A DNA stretch of 64,000 nucleotides from an uncultured Alphaproteobacteria bacterium (GTDB lineage Bacteria > Pseudomonadota > Alphaproteobacteria > HIMB59 > GCA-002718135): assembly GCA_902601455.1 (NCBI GenBank), contig CACKNC010000006.1, positions 6,875 through 70,874 on the forward strand. Reading direction: 5' to 3'. A program made the position numbers and the translations under genes. The notes under the pieces were generated by a model. That model ran no database searches, was not told the DNA's origin, and saw only the letters and a list, made by a program, of their open reading frames with translations. Within the stretch, counting starts at the first letter, position 1. Each line of letters starts with the position of its first letter. This document shows positions 19,604 to 29,497 of the stretch, piece by piece.

Positions 19604-21477
19604 TGGATTTAGATAAATTCTTTCAAGATCAAAATAAAAAGAAACAAGTTAAAATTTTAACTTGTGGATCAGTAGATGATGGTAAATCGACTTTATTAGG
19701 AAGACTGTTATTTGATTCTCAAAATATTTTTCTTGATCAAATGAATCAAGCAAAAATAGAAAGTGAAAAATATGGAACTCAAGGAAAAGAAATTGATTTA
19801 GCTTTGCTTGTTGATGGCTTGCAAGCTGAGCGAGAGCAGGGCATCACAATAGATGTGGCTTATCGTTATTTTGAGACATCAAATTGTAAATTTATTGTTG
19901 CTGATACGCCTGGTCACGAACAATATACTCGTAATATGGCAACGGGTGCCTCAAATTCTGATGTAGCTATAATATTAATAGATGCACAAAAAGGAGTATT
20001 AGAGCAAACAAGAAGACATAGTTTTATTGTCAGCCTTTTAGGTATTAAACATATTGTTGTCGCAATAAATAAGATGGATCTGGTAAATTATAATGAAAAT
20101 GTTTTTGAGACAATCCGTGATGAATACAAAGAATTAATTTCAAATTTTACTTTTACTACAATAAATTTTATTCCATTATCGGCTTTAAAGGGAGATAATA
20201 TATTTTCAAAATTTGAGAATACTAATTGGTACAAAGGACCAACGCTAATTGAAGCATTAGAGAAAACTGATGTTTTAGATTCGAGTCGAGATAATAAATT
20301 CAGTTTTCCAGTTCAATGGGTAAATAGATCAAGTGCAAACTTCAGAGGTTATTCAGGCACAATAACGGATGGAAAAATTTCAACAGGAGAATTAATAACC
20401 ACAACATCAAGTAATAAGCAAATTTCAGTGAAAAATATTTACGGACCTCAAGGAGAGTTGAGCGAAGCATATAGCGGACAAGCAATTACATTAACCTTAA
20501 GTGATGAATTAGATATTTCACGAGGAGATATTATTCTCTCAACAAAAAATGATCAGATAATGAAAGCAAATCAATTTGCCTCTCATTTAATTTGGATGGA
20601 TCAAGAACCTATGTTACCTGAGAGAAATTATATTTTTCGTTTTAATAATTCTTACATTAATGGAAAAATAACTGATTTAGTTCACAGTATAAATGTTAAT
20701 TCTTTTGAAGAAGTTGCTTCTAAAAAATTAAATTTAAATGATATTGCTTATTGTAAAGTGGCCATTGATAAAATGCATGGTATTAGTTCGTATTCTAATA
20801 ATCAAAAGTTAGGAAGTTTTGTTATAATTGATCCTTATAGTAACAAAACAATTGGGGTAGGCATGATTGATCATGCTCTTCGTCGATCTAGCAATATTTC
20901 TTGGCATGAAATGTCAATTAATAAAAAAACTCGATCTGAATTAAATTCCCAAAAGCCATGTGTTGTATGGTTTACTGGATTATCAGGTTCTGGTAAGTCA
21001 ACAATTGCTAATATTTTAGAACAAAAATTACACACCGCAGGAAAGCGAACTTATTTATTAGATGGTGATAACGTACGTCATGGATTGAATAAAGATTTAG
21101 GATTTACTGACACTGATAGGGTAGAAAATATTCGTCGTGTTGCAGAAGTATCCAAGCTAATGGTTGATGCTGGATTAATAACATTAGTCTCATTTATTTC
21201 ACCTTTCAAATCAGAAAGACAAATGGCTAAAGATCTATTATCTTCAGATGAGTTTTTTGAAATTTTTGTAAGCACTTCACTTGAAGAATGTGAAAAGCGA
21301 GATCCAAAAGGATTGTATAAAAAAGCAAGAGCAGGAGAGTTGAAAAACTTTACAGGTATAGATTCTTCTTATGAAGAACCAGAAAATCCCGATCTTGTTT
21401 TAGATACAAATTCAACAAATGCTGAAGAACTAGCAGATCAAATTATTAATTTTTTGCAAGTTAATAAAATTATCTAG
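19600..21477 (+). CDS. cysNC: Bifunctional sulfate adenylyltransferase subunit 1 / adenylylsulfate kinase
   Basis: 625 aa. GTPase motifs [14 protein letters not shown] and NKMD. The C-terminal APS kinase has the P-loop [11 protein letters not shown]. There is a 4-nt overlap with cysD. Confidence 0.9.
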   Translation: MMDLDKFFQDQNKKKQVKILTCGSVDDGKSTLLGRLLFDSQNIFLDQMNQAKIESEKYGTQGKEIDLALLVDGLQAEREQGITIDVAYRYFETSNCKFIVADTPGHEQYTRNMATGASNSDVAIILIDAQKGVLEQTRRHSFIVSLLGIKHIVVAINKMDLVNYNENVFETIRDEYKELISNFTFTTINFIPLSALKGDNIFSKFENTNWYKGPTLIEALEKTDVLDSSRDNKFSFPVQWVNRSSANFRGYSGTITDGKISTGELITTTSSNKQISVKNIYGPQGELSEAYSGQAITLTLSDELDISRGDIILSTKNDQIMKANQFASHLIWMDQEPMLPERNYIFRFNNSYINGKITDLVHSINVNSFEEVASKKLNLNDIAYCKVAIDKMHGISSYSNNQKLGSFVIIDPYSNKTIGVGMIDHALRRSSNISWHEMSINKKTRSELNSQKPCVVWFTGLSGSGKSTIANILEQKLHTAGKRTYLLDGDNVRHGLNKDLGFTDTDRVENIRRVAEVSKLMVDAGLITLVSFISPFKSERQMAKDLLSSDEFFEIFVSTSLEECEKRDPKGLYKKARAGELKNFTGIDSSYEEPENPDLVLDTNSTNAEELADQIINFLQVNKII

Positions 21478-22760
21478 TTTTGAAAACCATATTTTCTCAA
21501 ACGAGCATCGCCTGTTCGTGCATGCGCTTCCATTCCTTCTAATCTTGAAATTCTAGCTGCGGCTGCACCTACTTCTTTGTTTGATTCTTTAGTCATACGT
21601 TGAAAAGTTACAGTTTTAATAAATTTTCCTACAAATAAACCGCCAGTATATTTAGCAGCGCCTTTTGTGGGAAGTATATGATTTGTGCCGGAGCATTTAT
21701 CACCGTAGGCAACAGTTGTTTCTTCACCGAGAAATAATGACCCATAATTTTTAAGTTTCTGTAACCACCAATCTAGGTTTTCAGCCTGAACTTCTAAATG
21801 TTCAGGTGCGTACTCATCACTAACTTTACATAACTCTTCATTAGTATCACAAAGAACAACTTCTCCATAATCACGCCATGCTGCATCTGCATTATTTCTT
21901 GATGTTTCAGGTAACTCTGCAATAAGTTCAGGTACTCTTTTCATCACAAAATCACATAATGACTTATCTGTAGTGTATAGCCATGCAGGTGAATTAGGAC
22001 CATGCTCTGCTTGACCGACAAGATCAACAGCGATCATTTCTTTATCAGCAGTATGATCGGCAATAATTCCAATTTCAGTAGGACCAGCAAATAAATCGAT
22101 TCCAACTTTTCCGTATAAAATTCTTTTTGCTTCTGCGACATACTGATTACCAGGACCAACAATCATATCAACTTCCGGATTACCAAAACATCCATAAGCA
22201 AAAGCACCAATCGCTCCAATACCCCCACAATTCATAATTACATCCGCTCCACATAAATTAGCTGTGTATATAATTATTGGGTTTGCTCCATTTTCATCTT
22301 TTGGAGGACTAGCAGCAATAACATTTTTAACACCTGCAACTTTTGCTGTAGTAATACTCATTATAGCTGAGGCAATATTATTATATCTTCCACCAGGAAC
22401 ATAACAACCAACACTGTTAACAGGAATTAATTTTTGACCAGCAAACAGACCCGGCGATAATTCAACTTCAAAATCATTATTAAGATGTTTTAATTGATGT
22501 TCTGCAAAACTACGAACTCTATCATAAGAAAATTGAACATCATCTTTAACCTTTTGATCTAATGATTTTATAACTTCTTCAATTTTTTCTTGAGAAATAA
22601 TTACATCACCTTCATATTTATCAAACTTGCGAGAAATTGCTTTAATACCCTCGTCTCTTTTAGATTCAATTTCATTGAGAACGTCCTGAACCTTTTGTCT
22701 TGTTTCAACCTCATCAGAAGAGGCAGTTTTATTTGCTTTTTTGATATATGAAATTGTCAT
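21474..22760 (-). CDS. Histidinol dehydrogenase-family NAD-dependent 4-electron alcohol dehydrogenase (housekeeping HisD or DHPS-3-dehydrogenase HpsN-like)
   Basis: 428 aa. HisD-family blocks [47 protein letters not shown] and LEGMEAHA. It is translationally coupled (4-nt overlap) to an uncharacterised NTF2-like gene, not to his genes. Confidence 0.75.
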   Translation of the reverse strand: MTISYIKKANKTASSDEVETRQKVQDVLNEIESKRDEGIKAISRKFDKYEGDVIISQEKIEEVIKSLDQKVKDDVQFSYDRVRSFAEHQLKHLNNDFEVELSPGLFAGQKLIPVNSVGCYVPGGRYNNIASAIMSITTAKVAGVKNVIAASPPKDENGANPIIIYTANLCGADVIMNCGGIGAIGAFAYGCFGNPEVDMIVGPGNQYVAEAKRILYGKVGIDLFAGPTEIGIIADHTADKEMIAVDLVGQAEHGPNSPAWLYTTDKSLCDFVMKRVPELIAELPETSRNNADAAWRDYGEVVLCDTNEELCKVSDEYAPEHLEVQAENLDWWLQKLKNYGSLFLGEETTVAYGDKCSGTNHILPTKGAAKYTGGLFVGKFIKTVTFQRMTKESNKEVGAAAARISRLEGMEAHARTGDARLRKYGFQN

Positions 22761-23854
22761 TGCTGCTCCTTAATTAATTCAAATACGTCTATATCTAATT
22801 GCTTGAGAATGTGCACTATGTCAATTGGTACCCAGTTCTCTCTAATTAAACCTTCGTGGTGATGATAAAAATCCATAACACGCATTGTTACTGATTTACC
22901 AGTTGGCTCATAACCAAGCCAGTCTTTTGCTCCATGAATCGCATCAATACTATGCCATCCACCAGTCATAGAATAATTTCCATCTCCAATTTCAACATAA
23001 TGTCCAATTTTCCAATAATCTCTATTCTTAAATGTCATACGGAAGGGAAGTTGATGATGATTAACAAAACCTTCTAATCCTCTTGCAGTCCCAATACCAC
23101 TTGGTCCGTACCACATCATTTTTTTATGCCAGAATTTTTTTTGAGGATGGTTAATAAGTTTGTCTCTGACATACGAATGATCAGCATTTGGATCACACTC
23201 TGGTTTAATATTTAGACTTCTCTGCATTGTAAGAGCTTGTTCTAGTGATGATTTAGATAATTGTTCATCAATATTTTCAAATATAGAACCATCTCCTGAA
23301 ATTGAATTTGCCCATAAACCTTCTGCGCCGTTGGATTTATTAATCGGCCAAAATCCAGCTTGTCTTATAAAATCCATAACATCTAATAAAATATGAGAAT
23401 GAATAATTTTACCATCCTTAATTTCGTGAGCTTCACACATCCTCAGATGTATTGTTTTATTATTTGTTGGAATACCTAACCAAGAATTTTTATAAGTTCC
23501 TGTTAGAAGACTTATAGTTGAAACAAATACTTTATCTTGAAAACTCCCACCTAAGACTAAACAATCCCTTCTTTCTAAATCAGTAAAAGAATTTTTAATT
23601 GGTAACCAAAGTTTATGATAAATTTCATCAATACCACTTATATTGTTAACTGGATGAAAACATTTTAATTCTGCATTTGGATGATAGGCATTAATAATAT
23701 TTTTTTCTAAATTTTTGCTATCAGACTCAACAATATTTTTTAATAATTGTTTTATTTTTTTTTTATTCTTTATATTCTCAGAAGGATCTAAATTGATATT
23801 TACAATATCAGGATTAACCTTAGGGCCGGTGTTAAAATTTTCTATTTTTACCAT
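22757..23854 (-). CDS. Tandem NTF2-like (SnoaL/ester-cyclase-like) protein, function unknown; paralog of 34456-35529
   Basis: 365 aa. It shares long blocks with the 34456-35529 product. Examples are DLERRD, WYGPSGIGTARGLEGFVNHHQLPF vs WYGPAGIGTGRGIAGFRHWHQIPF, and GLIRENWVPIDIVHILKQLDIDVFE vs GLIRENWVLIDLLDIYRQINVDVFD. Confidence 0.6.
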   Translation of the reverse strand: MVKIENFNTGPKVNPDIVNINLDPSENIKNKKKIKQLLKNIVESDSKNLEKNIINAYHPNAELKCFHPVNNISGIDEIYHKLWLPIKNSFTDLERRDCLVLGGSFQDKVFVSTISLLTGTYKNSWLGIPTNNKTIHLRMCEAHEIKDGKIIHSHILLDVMDFIRQAGFWPINKSNGAEGLWANSISGDGSIFENIDEQLSKSSLEQALTMQRSLNIKPECDPNADHSYVRDKLINHPQKKFWHKKMMWYGPSGIGTARGLEGFVNHHQLPFRMTFKNRDYWKIGHYVEIGDGNYSMTGGWHSIDAIHGAKDWLGYEPTGKSVTMRVMDFYHHHEGLIRENWVPIDIVHILKQLDIDVFELIKEQQ

Positions 23855-23886
23855 TTTTTGTTTTTAGTTACTCACATCACACATAT

Positions 23887-23927
23887 ATTATTGAATTGAT
23901 TTATTCAATAATATGAATAATATTCAT
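23887..23927. promoter_or_regulatory. Cluster of inverted repeats built from ATTGAAT/ATTCAAT half-sites in a divergent promoter region
   Basis: ATTATTGAAT (23887-23896) and ATTCAATAAT (23903-23912) are exact reverse complements. They are followed by TGAATA-A-TATTCA (23914-23926). Confidence 0.5.
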
Positions 23928-23958
23928 TATAAATGAATAAATAAGAGTTAATTATAAT

Positions 23959-24930
23959 ATGACAATAGATATAAATACTCGACTAGCTAGATTTGAAGAT
24001 TTAATTCCAAGTAAAGTTCCTTTTGTCGAGGGAAAATTAAAAGGACATCAAGATAGATCAAACTATTCTATCGTGGGTCCAGGTGTGAGTGAAGATTCCA
24101 AACAGAATGTTAAAATAGCAGAAGCTCATGGTTTTAATATTGGTGCGGTAAGTGCAGCATCAATGAATGGGTCTGGTCTGCATAGCCATACAACAGCTGA
24201 AGTTTTTTTAATTTTTTCTGGTTCTTGGCGTTTTTATTGGGGTTCTGATGGTAAAGAGGGGGAGGTAATCCTTCACAAAGGTGATGTTGCCTCATTCCCA
24301 ACAAACATGTTTAGAGGGTTTCAAAACATCAGTGATGATGAAGCATATATGGTCGTAGTTCTTGGAGAGAATGATCCGGGTGTTATCACATGGACTCCAA
24401 AAGTCATTAAAGATGCGAAAGACACAGGTATGGTTTTATTAAATGACAATTCTTTAATCGATTTAGATAAACAAAAAATCCCCGAAGGAAAAAAAGCACT
24501 AGAACCTCTTCATGAAAATGATCTTCACCAATTTGATCATTACACATCAGATGAAATTGAAAAATTTGTCATCAGATCTTCAGACTCTCAAAGATATATT
24601 GAAGATGATGAACATTTTAATTCTAATTCTATAATTAACTATTTAGATGAATTAAGTCTTCATGAGAAAACATTTAAACCTCATATACCGCATCATACTG
24701 GATTTGGATTATCCTTGCTTACAGGTAAGGACGCGCATATTCATTCTTACCAATCTAAAAAATCTGAGGCATTCCTTTGTTTAGATGGCAAATGGGAAAT
24801 TACTTGTGATGATCAAAAAGTAATTATTGGCCCAAGAGATACCTTTTCTGCACCTAAAAATTCTATTAGAAGTGTTAAGCAAATAAGCGACGAAGTGGGT
24901 AGCCTTTTTTTAGTTAGACAAAAAAATTAA
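23959..24930 (+). CDS. Bicupin protein, function unknown
   Basis: 323 aa. The N-terminal cupin has metal motif 1 GLHSHTTAEVFLIFSG and motif 2 GDVASFPTNMF. A second cupin-like half has HIHSYQSKKSEAFLCLDG. Confidence 0.65.
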   Translation: MTIDINTRLARFEDLIPSKVPFVEGKLKGHQDRSNYSIVGPGVSEDSKQNVKIAEAHGFNIGAVSAASMNGSGLHSHTTAEVFLIFSGSWRFYWGSDGKEGEVILHKGDVASFPTNMFRGFQNISDDEAYMVVVLGENDPGVITWTPKVIKDAKDTGMVLLNDNSLIDLDKQKIPEGKKALEPLHENDLHQFDHYTSDEIEKFVIRSSDSQRYIEDDEHFNSNSIINYLDELSLHEKTFKPHIPHHTGFGLSLLTGKDAHIHSYQSKKSEAFLCLDGKWEITCDDQKVIIGPRDTFSAPKNSIRSVKQISDEVGSLFLVRQKN

Positions 24931-24944
24931 TTTATAGGAAAATA

Positions 24945-25928
24945 ATGAAGGGTTTTGATAGTAAATATAAAGATTTGCCTGATTACATTTTAAAAATCAC
25001 ATACCAGATTTGGGAAGAAAAAGATGTTGAATCTATAAATCAATACTACGCAAAGGGTATGCCAACTCGATCTCCCCAAGGTGTTATTTATGGTCCTGAA
25101 CCCGTTGTTAAGGCGACTTATGCTACACTAAAAGAATTTCCTGATAGACAATTATTAGGGGAGGATGTGATTTGGATTGGAAATGATGATGAGGGTTACT
25201 TCTCTTCACATCGTATTTTTACTCGAGCAACCCATACTAATTTAGGCGTTTATGGTGAACCTTCTGGAAAAAAATTATCTTACCGTGTTATTGCTGATTG
25301 TGCATGTAGAAATAATCAAGTTTATGATGAGTGGTTAGTGCGTGATCAGGGTGCCATTGTTAGGCAGCTTGGACTTGACCCTAAAAAATATGCTCATAAG
25401 CTAATTCAAGACGAGGGAGGAATCGAAAAATGTGCTGTTCCTTTTAATCTAGATACACCAAATGATGTTCCAGCAGATGGAATATACATAGCTCCTAATA
25501 TTTCAAAAGAAAACATAGGAGTAAGATACGCAAAAATTTTAAAACAAATTTTTAATAATGAAAAAAATGCTATTGAAAAAAATTATGATAGGGCGATTCA
25601 ACAAGAACAACCTGGAGGATTTACTGGGCATGGAAGAGAAGAGGTAGCTACCTTTTGGAATACTTTTATGTCTGCTTTTCCAGACTCTAAATTCACAATT
25701 GAACACATAAGTTATACCGAAGAAAAAGATCAAGCAAAAAAAGCAGCAATAAGATGGTCTTTAGTGGGGTCTCATTCGGGTAAAGGGAATTTTGGAAACC
25801 CTTCAAATACTCCAATTTATGTAATGGGTATTTCTCATGCTGAATTTGGTCCTCGTGGAATTAAAAATGAATGGGTATTATTTGATGAAACAATTATCTG
25901 GAAGCAGATATTAATGAAAACTGGTTAA
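24945..25928 (+). CDS. Tandem NTF2-like (SnoaL/ester-cyclase-like) protein, function unknown
   Basis: 327 aa in two halves, each with SnoaL-like features (ITYQIWEEKDVESINQYY...NQVYDEWLVRDQGAIVRQLGL and second half FWNTFMSAFPDSKFTIEH...IKNEWVLFDE). Confidence 0.55.
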   Translation: MKGFDSKYKDLPDYILKITYQIWEEKDVESINQYYAKGMPTRSPQGVIYGPEPVVKATYATLKEFPDRQLLGEDVIWIGNDDEGYFSSHRIFTRATHTNLGVYGEPSGKKLSYRVIADCACRNNQVYDEWLVRDQGAIVRQLGLDPKKYAHKLIQDEGGIEKCAVPFNLDTPNDVPADGIYIAPNISKENIGVRYAKILKQIFNNEKNAIEKNYDRAIQQEQPGGFTGHGREEVATFWNTFMSAFPDSKFTIEHISYTEEKDQAKKAAIRWSLVGSHSGKGNFGNPSNTPIYVMGISHAEFGPRGIKNEWVLFDETIIWKQILMKTG

Positions 25929-25931
25929 TTT

Positions 25932-27062
25932 ATGAATTCTTCAATTCTTACTACTCACGTTGGAAGTCTTCCTCGATCAACAGAATTATCTGAATTACTT
26001 TTTGCCAAAGATAAAAAAGAAAATATTGATCAATCACTCTTTAATGACACTGTAAAAAAAAATGTAGATGAAGTTGTAAAACGGCAACTTGATGTCGGTA
26101 TTGATGTTGTAAGTGATGGAGAGATGAGCAAGATAAGTTATGCTACTTATGTTAAGGACCGCATAAAAGGTTTTTCTGGTGAGAGTGAAAGAAGAGCGCC
26201 AGCTGATCTCGATGCTTTTCCAGAGTATAAAACCAAAATTGCTAATAGCGGAGGAACTCCAACTTATACAAGGCCATGTTGTACTAGCGAGTTAGAAATT
26301 CAAGATACTCAATCATTGAAGAATGACATAAAAAATTTAAGTGACTCTTTAAACTCTAATAATCATTCCAAAGCATTTATGAATGCCGCTTCACCAGGGG
26401 TTATAAATGTTTTTATGCCAAATAAATTTTATAAAGATGATGATACTTATTTAGAAAAATTATCTGAAGTTATGTCAGTTGAATATAAATTAATAACGGA
26501 TAGTAATATACATTTACAATTAGACTGCCCAGACTTAGCCCTAGCAAGGCATATGAATTATAAGGATTTATCTGAGGAAGAATTTTTAAATAGGGCCGAG
26601 GTACAAATAGAAGCTCTTAATAATGCATTAGTTGGTATTTCTCCTGAACTTATTAGAATGCATATATGCTGGGGTAATTATGAAGGTCCACATACTTTTG
26701 ATATTGGTTTAGAAAAAATATTACCAATAATTTTGAAGGCAAATTTAAAATATTTACTTATTGAATCTTCAAATCCAAGACATGCACATGAATGGAAAGT
26801 TTTTGAAAATATTAAATTACCACAAGATAAAGTCATTGTGCCTGGCGTTATTGACTCGACTTCAAATTTTGTTGAACACCCAGAAGTTGTTGCCGATCGG
26901 TTAAAACAATTTTCTACTTTTGTGCCAAAGGAACAAATTATGGCTGGCACAGATTGTGGTTTTAGTACTTTTGCTGGATTTGGAAAAGTTGATGAAAAAA
27001 TTTGTTATGAGAAATTAATTTCGTTAGTTAAGGGTACTCAAATAGCATCTAAAACGATTTGA
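25932..27062 (+). CDS. MetE C-terminal-domain-like Zn-dependent methyltransferase (cobalamin-independent methionine synthase family)
   Basis: 376 aa. The N-terminus is TTHVGSLPRS. Zn-ligand motifs are MHICWGN (H-x-C) and GTDCGFS. Confidence 0.7.
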   Translation: MNSSILTTHVGSLPRSTELSELLFAKDKKENIDQSLFNDTVKKNVDEVVKRQLDVGIDVVSDGEMSKISYATYVKDRIKGFSGESERRAPADLDAFPEYKTKIANSGGTPTYTRPCCTSELEIQDTQSLKNDIKNLSDSLNSNNHSKAFMNAASPGVINVFMPNKFYKDDDTYLEKLSEVMSVEYKLITDSNIHLQLDCPDLALARHMNYKDLSEEEFLNRAEVQIEALNNALVGISPELIRMHICWGNYEGPHTFDIGLEKILPIILKANLKYLLIESSNPRHAHEWKVFENIKLPQDKVIVPGVIDSTSNFVEHPEVVADRLKQFSTFVPKEQIMAGTDCGFSTFAGFGKVDEKICYEKLISLVKGTQIASKTI

Positions 27063-27069
27063 GTTAAAA
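27020..27069 (+). repeat. Direct repeat copy 1 (3' end of the MetE-like gene)
   Basis: ttcgttagttaagggtactcaaatagcatctaaaacgatttgagttaaaa; 45/50 identical to 27751-27800. Confidence 0.9.
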
Positions 27070-27074
27070 GCTTT

Positions 27075-27734
27075 ATGATTAAAAATATTATATTCGATTT
27101 TGATGGTGTTCTTGTAGATAGTGAAACTATAATTTTAAAGGCATTTATTAAATATATGCAAGAAAGTGAAATAAAAACAAATGAAAAAGAGTTTGCAAAT
27201 TTAGTAGGTAAACCAACTGTTGAAGTAATTGATATTTTATCAGAAAAATATTTTCCAAAAGATAAAAAAAAATTTTCTGATAATATTATGAATATTGCCT
27301 CTAATATTTATAAAAAAGAATTAAAAAAAGTGGTTGGTGTGGAGGAATTTTTAGAAAAATCTAAACATAATTTGTACATTGGTTCTAACAGTATGAAGAA
27401 TAGAATAATTGATGGACTTGAAAGAGTAGGGCTAGAAAAATACTTTAATCAGACTCACATATACTCTTTAGATATAGTTGATAATCCAAAACCACATCCT
27501 GATATTTATTTAAAAGCAGTTAGTGATAATAACCTTATAATCGATGAAACAATTATTATAGAAGACAGTGTAGTAGGTGTAAATGCTGGCAAAAATGCCA
27601 AAGTAAAAGTTATTGGTTTAACAGCTGGTAGTCATTGGCATAAAAATAGAGATGAAAAAGAGTTAATAAATGCAGGAGCTATTGCTTCTGCTAATAACTA
27701 TAATAAAATAAAACAAATTATAGAAAGTCTGTAA
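27075..27734 (+). CDS. HAD-superfamily hydrolase (beta-phosphoglucomutase/phosphatase-like)
   Basis: 219 aa. Motif I is IIFDFDGVLVDSE, with lysine KPHPDIY and motif IV IIIEDSVVGVNAG. Confidence 0.8.
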   Translation: MIKNIIFDFDGVLVDSETIILKAFIKYMQESEIKTNEKEFANLVGKPTVEVIDILSEKYFPKDKKKFSDNIMNIASNIYKKELKKVVGVEEFLEKSKHNLYIGSNSMKNRIIDGLERVGLEKYFNQTHIYSLDIVDNPKPHPDIYLKAVSDNNLIIDETIIIEDSVVGVNAGKNAKVKVIGLTAGSHWHKNRDEKELINAGAIASANNYNKIKQIIESL

Positions 27735-27793
27735 GATGGGACCAGTTATCTTCGTTAGTCAAGGGCACGCAAATAGCGTCTAAAAAGATTTGA
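27731..27793 (+). pseudogene. Relic of the C-terminus of a MetE-like gene (about 20 codons plus stop)
   Basis: It reads VRWDQLSSLVKGTQIASKKI* in frame, versus ICYEKLISLVKGTQIASKTI* at the end of 25932-27062. Four of the five nucleotide differences in the last 50 bp are synonymous. Confidence 0.7.
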
Positions 27794-27800
27794 GTTAAAA
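27751..27800 (+). repeat. Direct repeat copy 2 (downstream of the HAD gene)
   Basis: ttcgttagtcaagggcacgcaaatagcgtctaaaaagatttgagttaaaa; the period to copy 1 is 731 bp. Confidence 0.9.
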
Positions 27801-28487
27801 TAAAAAATTACTAACAATTTTATTAAAAGTTTTTGGCTTCTCTAGCATTACAAAATGAGAAGAATTTTTAATTTCTTTATAAACTGAATATTTTATTTTC
27901 TTATTTAATTCATTGTTCATAATATTTGAGGATAGTTTATCGTTTTTGCCACGAATAATTAGAGTTTTTGATACAATCTTATTTAGCTTTTTTAGTTGAT
28001 TGGGTCTGTTTACAATCAAATTAGTTTGGTTTAAAAAAGTTTTATACCCTAATTTTTTAGCCATTGAGTAAATAGTATTTTGGTATGATGAATTTTCCAA
28101 ATCTTTATCAGCAAAATAGGAACTATAGTTTGTTTGATAAAATAATTTTGCAAAGTTATTTTTATTTAAGGTTATTAATGACTTTTCTAAAAGCAACTTT
28201 CTTTTTTGTGAAATATGTCTTGCATTAGTACCTATTAAAACTAATTTATCTAATATTTCTGGATACTCGATAGCTAATTTTATTGCAATGAATCCTCCCA
28301 TTGAAAAACCAATAACGGAAATTTTTTTTTTATTTTTGTTTACAATTTTTTGTACAGCATCATCTACTGTAGAAATATTTTTTAGAGAAGGAATGGAAAC
28401 ACTATATTTTTTTTTTAAAATAGATATTTGTGTATCCCATATGTTTTTGTCACACATATATCCTGGAATCAAAACTATTTTAGACAA
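27795..28487 (-). CDS. Alpha/beta-fold hydrolase
   Basis: 230 aa with nucleophile elbow GFSMGG and a late His (NSSHFVMLEKP). Confidence 0.75.
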   Translation of the reverse strand: MSKIVLIPGYMCDKNIWDTQISILKKKYSVSIPSLKNISTVDDAVQKIVNKNKKKISVIGFSMGGFIAIKLAIEYPEILDKLVLIGTNARHISQKRKLLLEKSLITLNKNNFAKLFYQTNYSSYFADKDLENSSYQNTIYSMAKKLGYKTFLNQTNLIVNRPNQLKKLNKIVSKTLIIRGKNDKLSSNIMNNELNKKIKYSVYKEIKNSSHFVMLEKPKTFNKIVSNFLF

Positions 28488-28490
28488 TTT

Positions 28491-29483
28491 CTATCTTGTT
28501 GTTTTGCGATAAACAAATTTGCCTTGAAGCAAGTAATTAATGGGCTCGAATTCAGGGTCTTTTAAATTATCATCAATAATTTGCGTAATAAGTTTAGACA
28601 TTTTTTGAATAGGTTGTCTGACTGTAGTTAAATTATAGGAGTGCCAATTTGCTGTTGATATATCATCATAACCAATAATTTCTATGTGCTTTGGCACACT
28701 TAACTTTGTGTGCTGCTTTATGTAATCCAAACATCCAAATGCCATTATATCATCAGCACAAAATACTGCTGTAATATCATTTTTCAAAAGTTTTTTTGTT
28801 GACTCAAAACCTCCTTCATATGTAAAATTTCCTCTTTCAGAAAATAATTTTATTTTTTTAGAATTTTTGATATGATTTTTAAAACCTTTACATCTTTCAT
28901 TACTTACAAATGATCCTTTAGGGCCTTCTATAATTCCAATCTTAGTGTGTCCGTTATTAATAAAATGTTCAGAAGCTGCTTCCCCTCCGTATCTATGATC
29001 ACAAGTTACTGAACTTAAAGTTGGTATTTTCCAATTTCTATTAAAAGCGATGAGTTGAATCTGCTTATTTAAACAATTTTCAACAAAAGCATCTGTCGGC
29101 TTTGTAGCAGAAACTATAGCAATGAGTTTTTCTTTGAGATTAGGCTGTATTAAGTTGTCATCAAGTTCTTCACCATCATCAGTTGTGATTAGTAAGACTC
29201 TATACCCTGAGTGTCTTAATGCCTCGTGTAATTCGATTAAAACTTCAGGGTAATATCTATTAGTAATATATGGCAAAATTACTCCAACCAATCCTCCCTC
29301 ATCTAGATTAGAAGTACTGGCAGAATAGGACTGAGGTTTATAACCCAACTTTTTGGCAGCCTCGATAACCCTTAATTTTGTTCTACTAGAAATGCTGGCA
29401 CCCTTTGTAAAACCCCTTGAAACAGCAGATTGAGAAACACCAGCTAATTTAGCTACTTCTTGAGAAGTTGCATTTTTTTTCAT
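28491..29483 (-). CDS. LacI-family transcriptional regulator
   Basis: 330 aa. The N-terminal HTH is ATSQEVAKLAGVSQSAVSRGF. The C-terminus is a periplasmic-binding-protein-like sugar-binding core. Confidence 0.9.
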   Translation of the reverse strand: MKKNATSQEVAKLAGVSQSAVSRGFTKGASISSRTKLRVIEAAKKLGYKPQSYSASTSNLDEGGLVGVILPYITNRYYPEVLIELHEALRHSGYRVLLITTDDGEELDDNLIQPNLKEKLIAIVSATKPTDAFVENCLNKQIQLIAFNRNWKIPTLSSVTCDHRYGGEAASEHFINNGHTKIGIIEGPKGSFVSNERCKGFKNHIKNSKKIKLFSERGNFTYEGGFESTKKLLKNDITAVFCADDIMAFGCLDYIKQHTKLSVPKHIEIIGYDDISTANWHSYNLTTVRQPIQKMSKLITQIIDDNLKDPEFEPINYLLQGKFVYRKTTR

Positions 29484-29497
29484 TTTTCCACCAATAT

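Noticed and set aside
27020-27800. Reading the HAD gene with flanking repeats as an integron cassette or a miniature mobile element.
   Set aside because: The window has no integrase, no attC-like imperfect inverted repeat and no terminal inverted repeats. The repeat is a direct repeat with coding-like conservation, which is better explained by homologous or illegitimate recombination.
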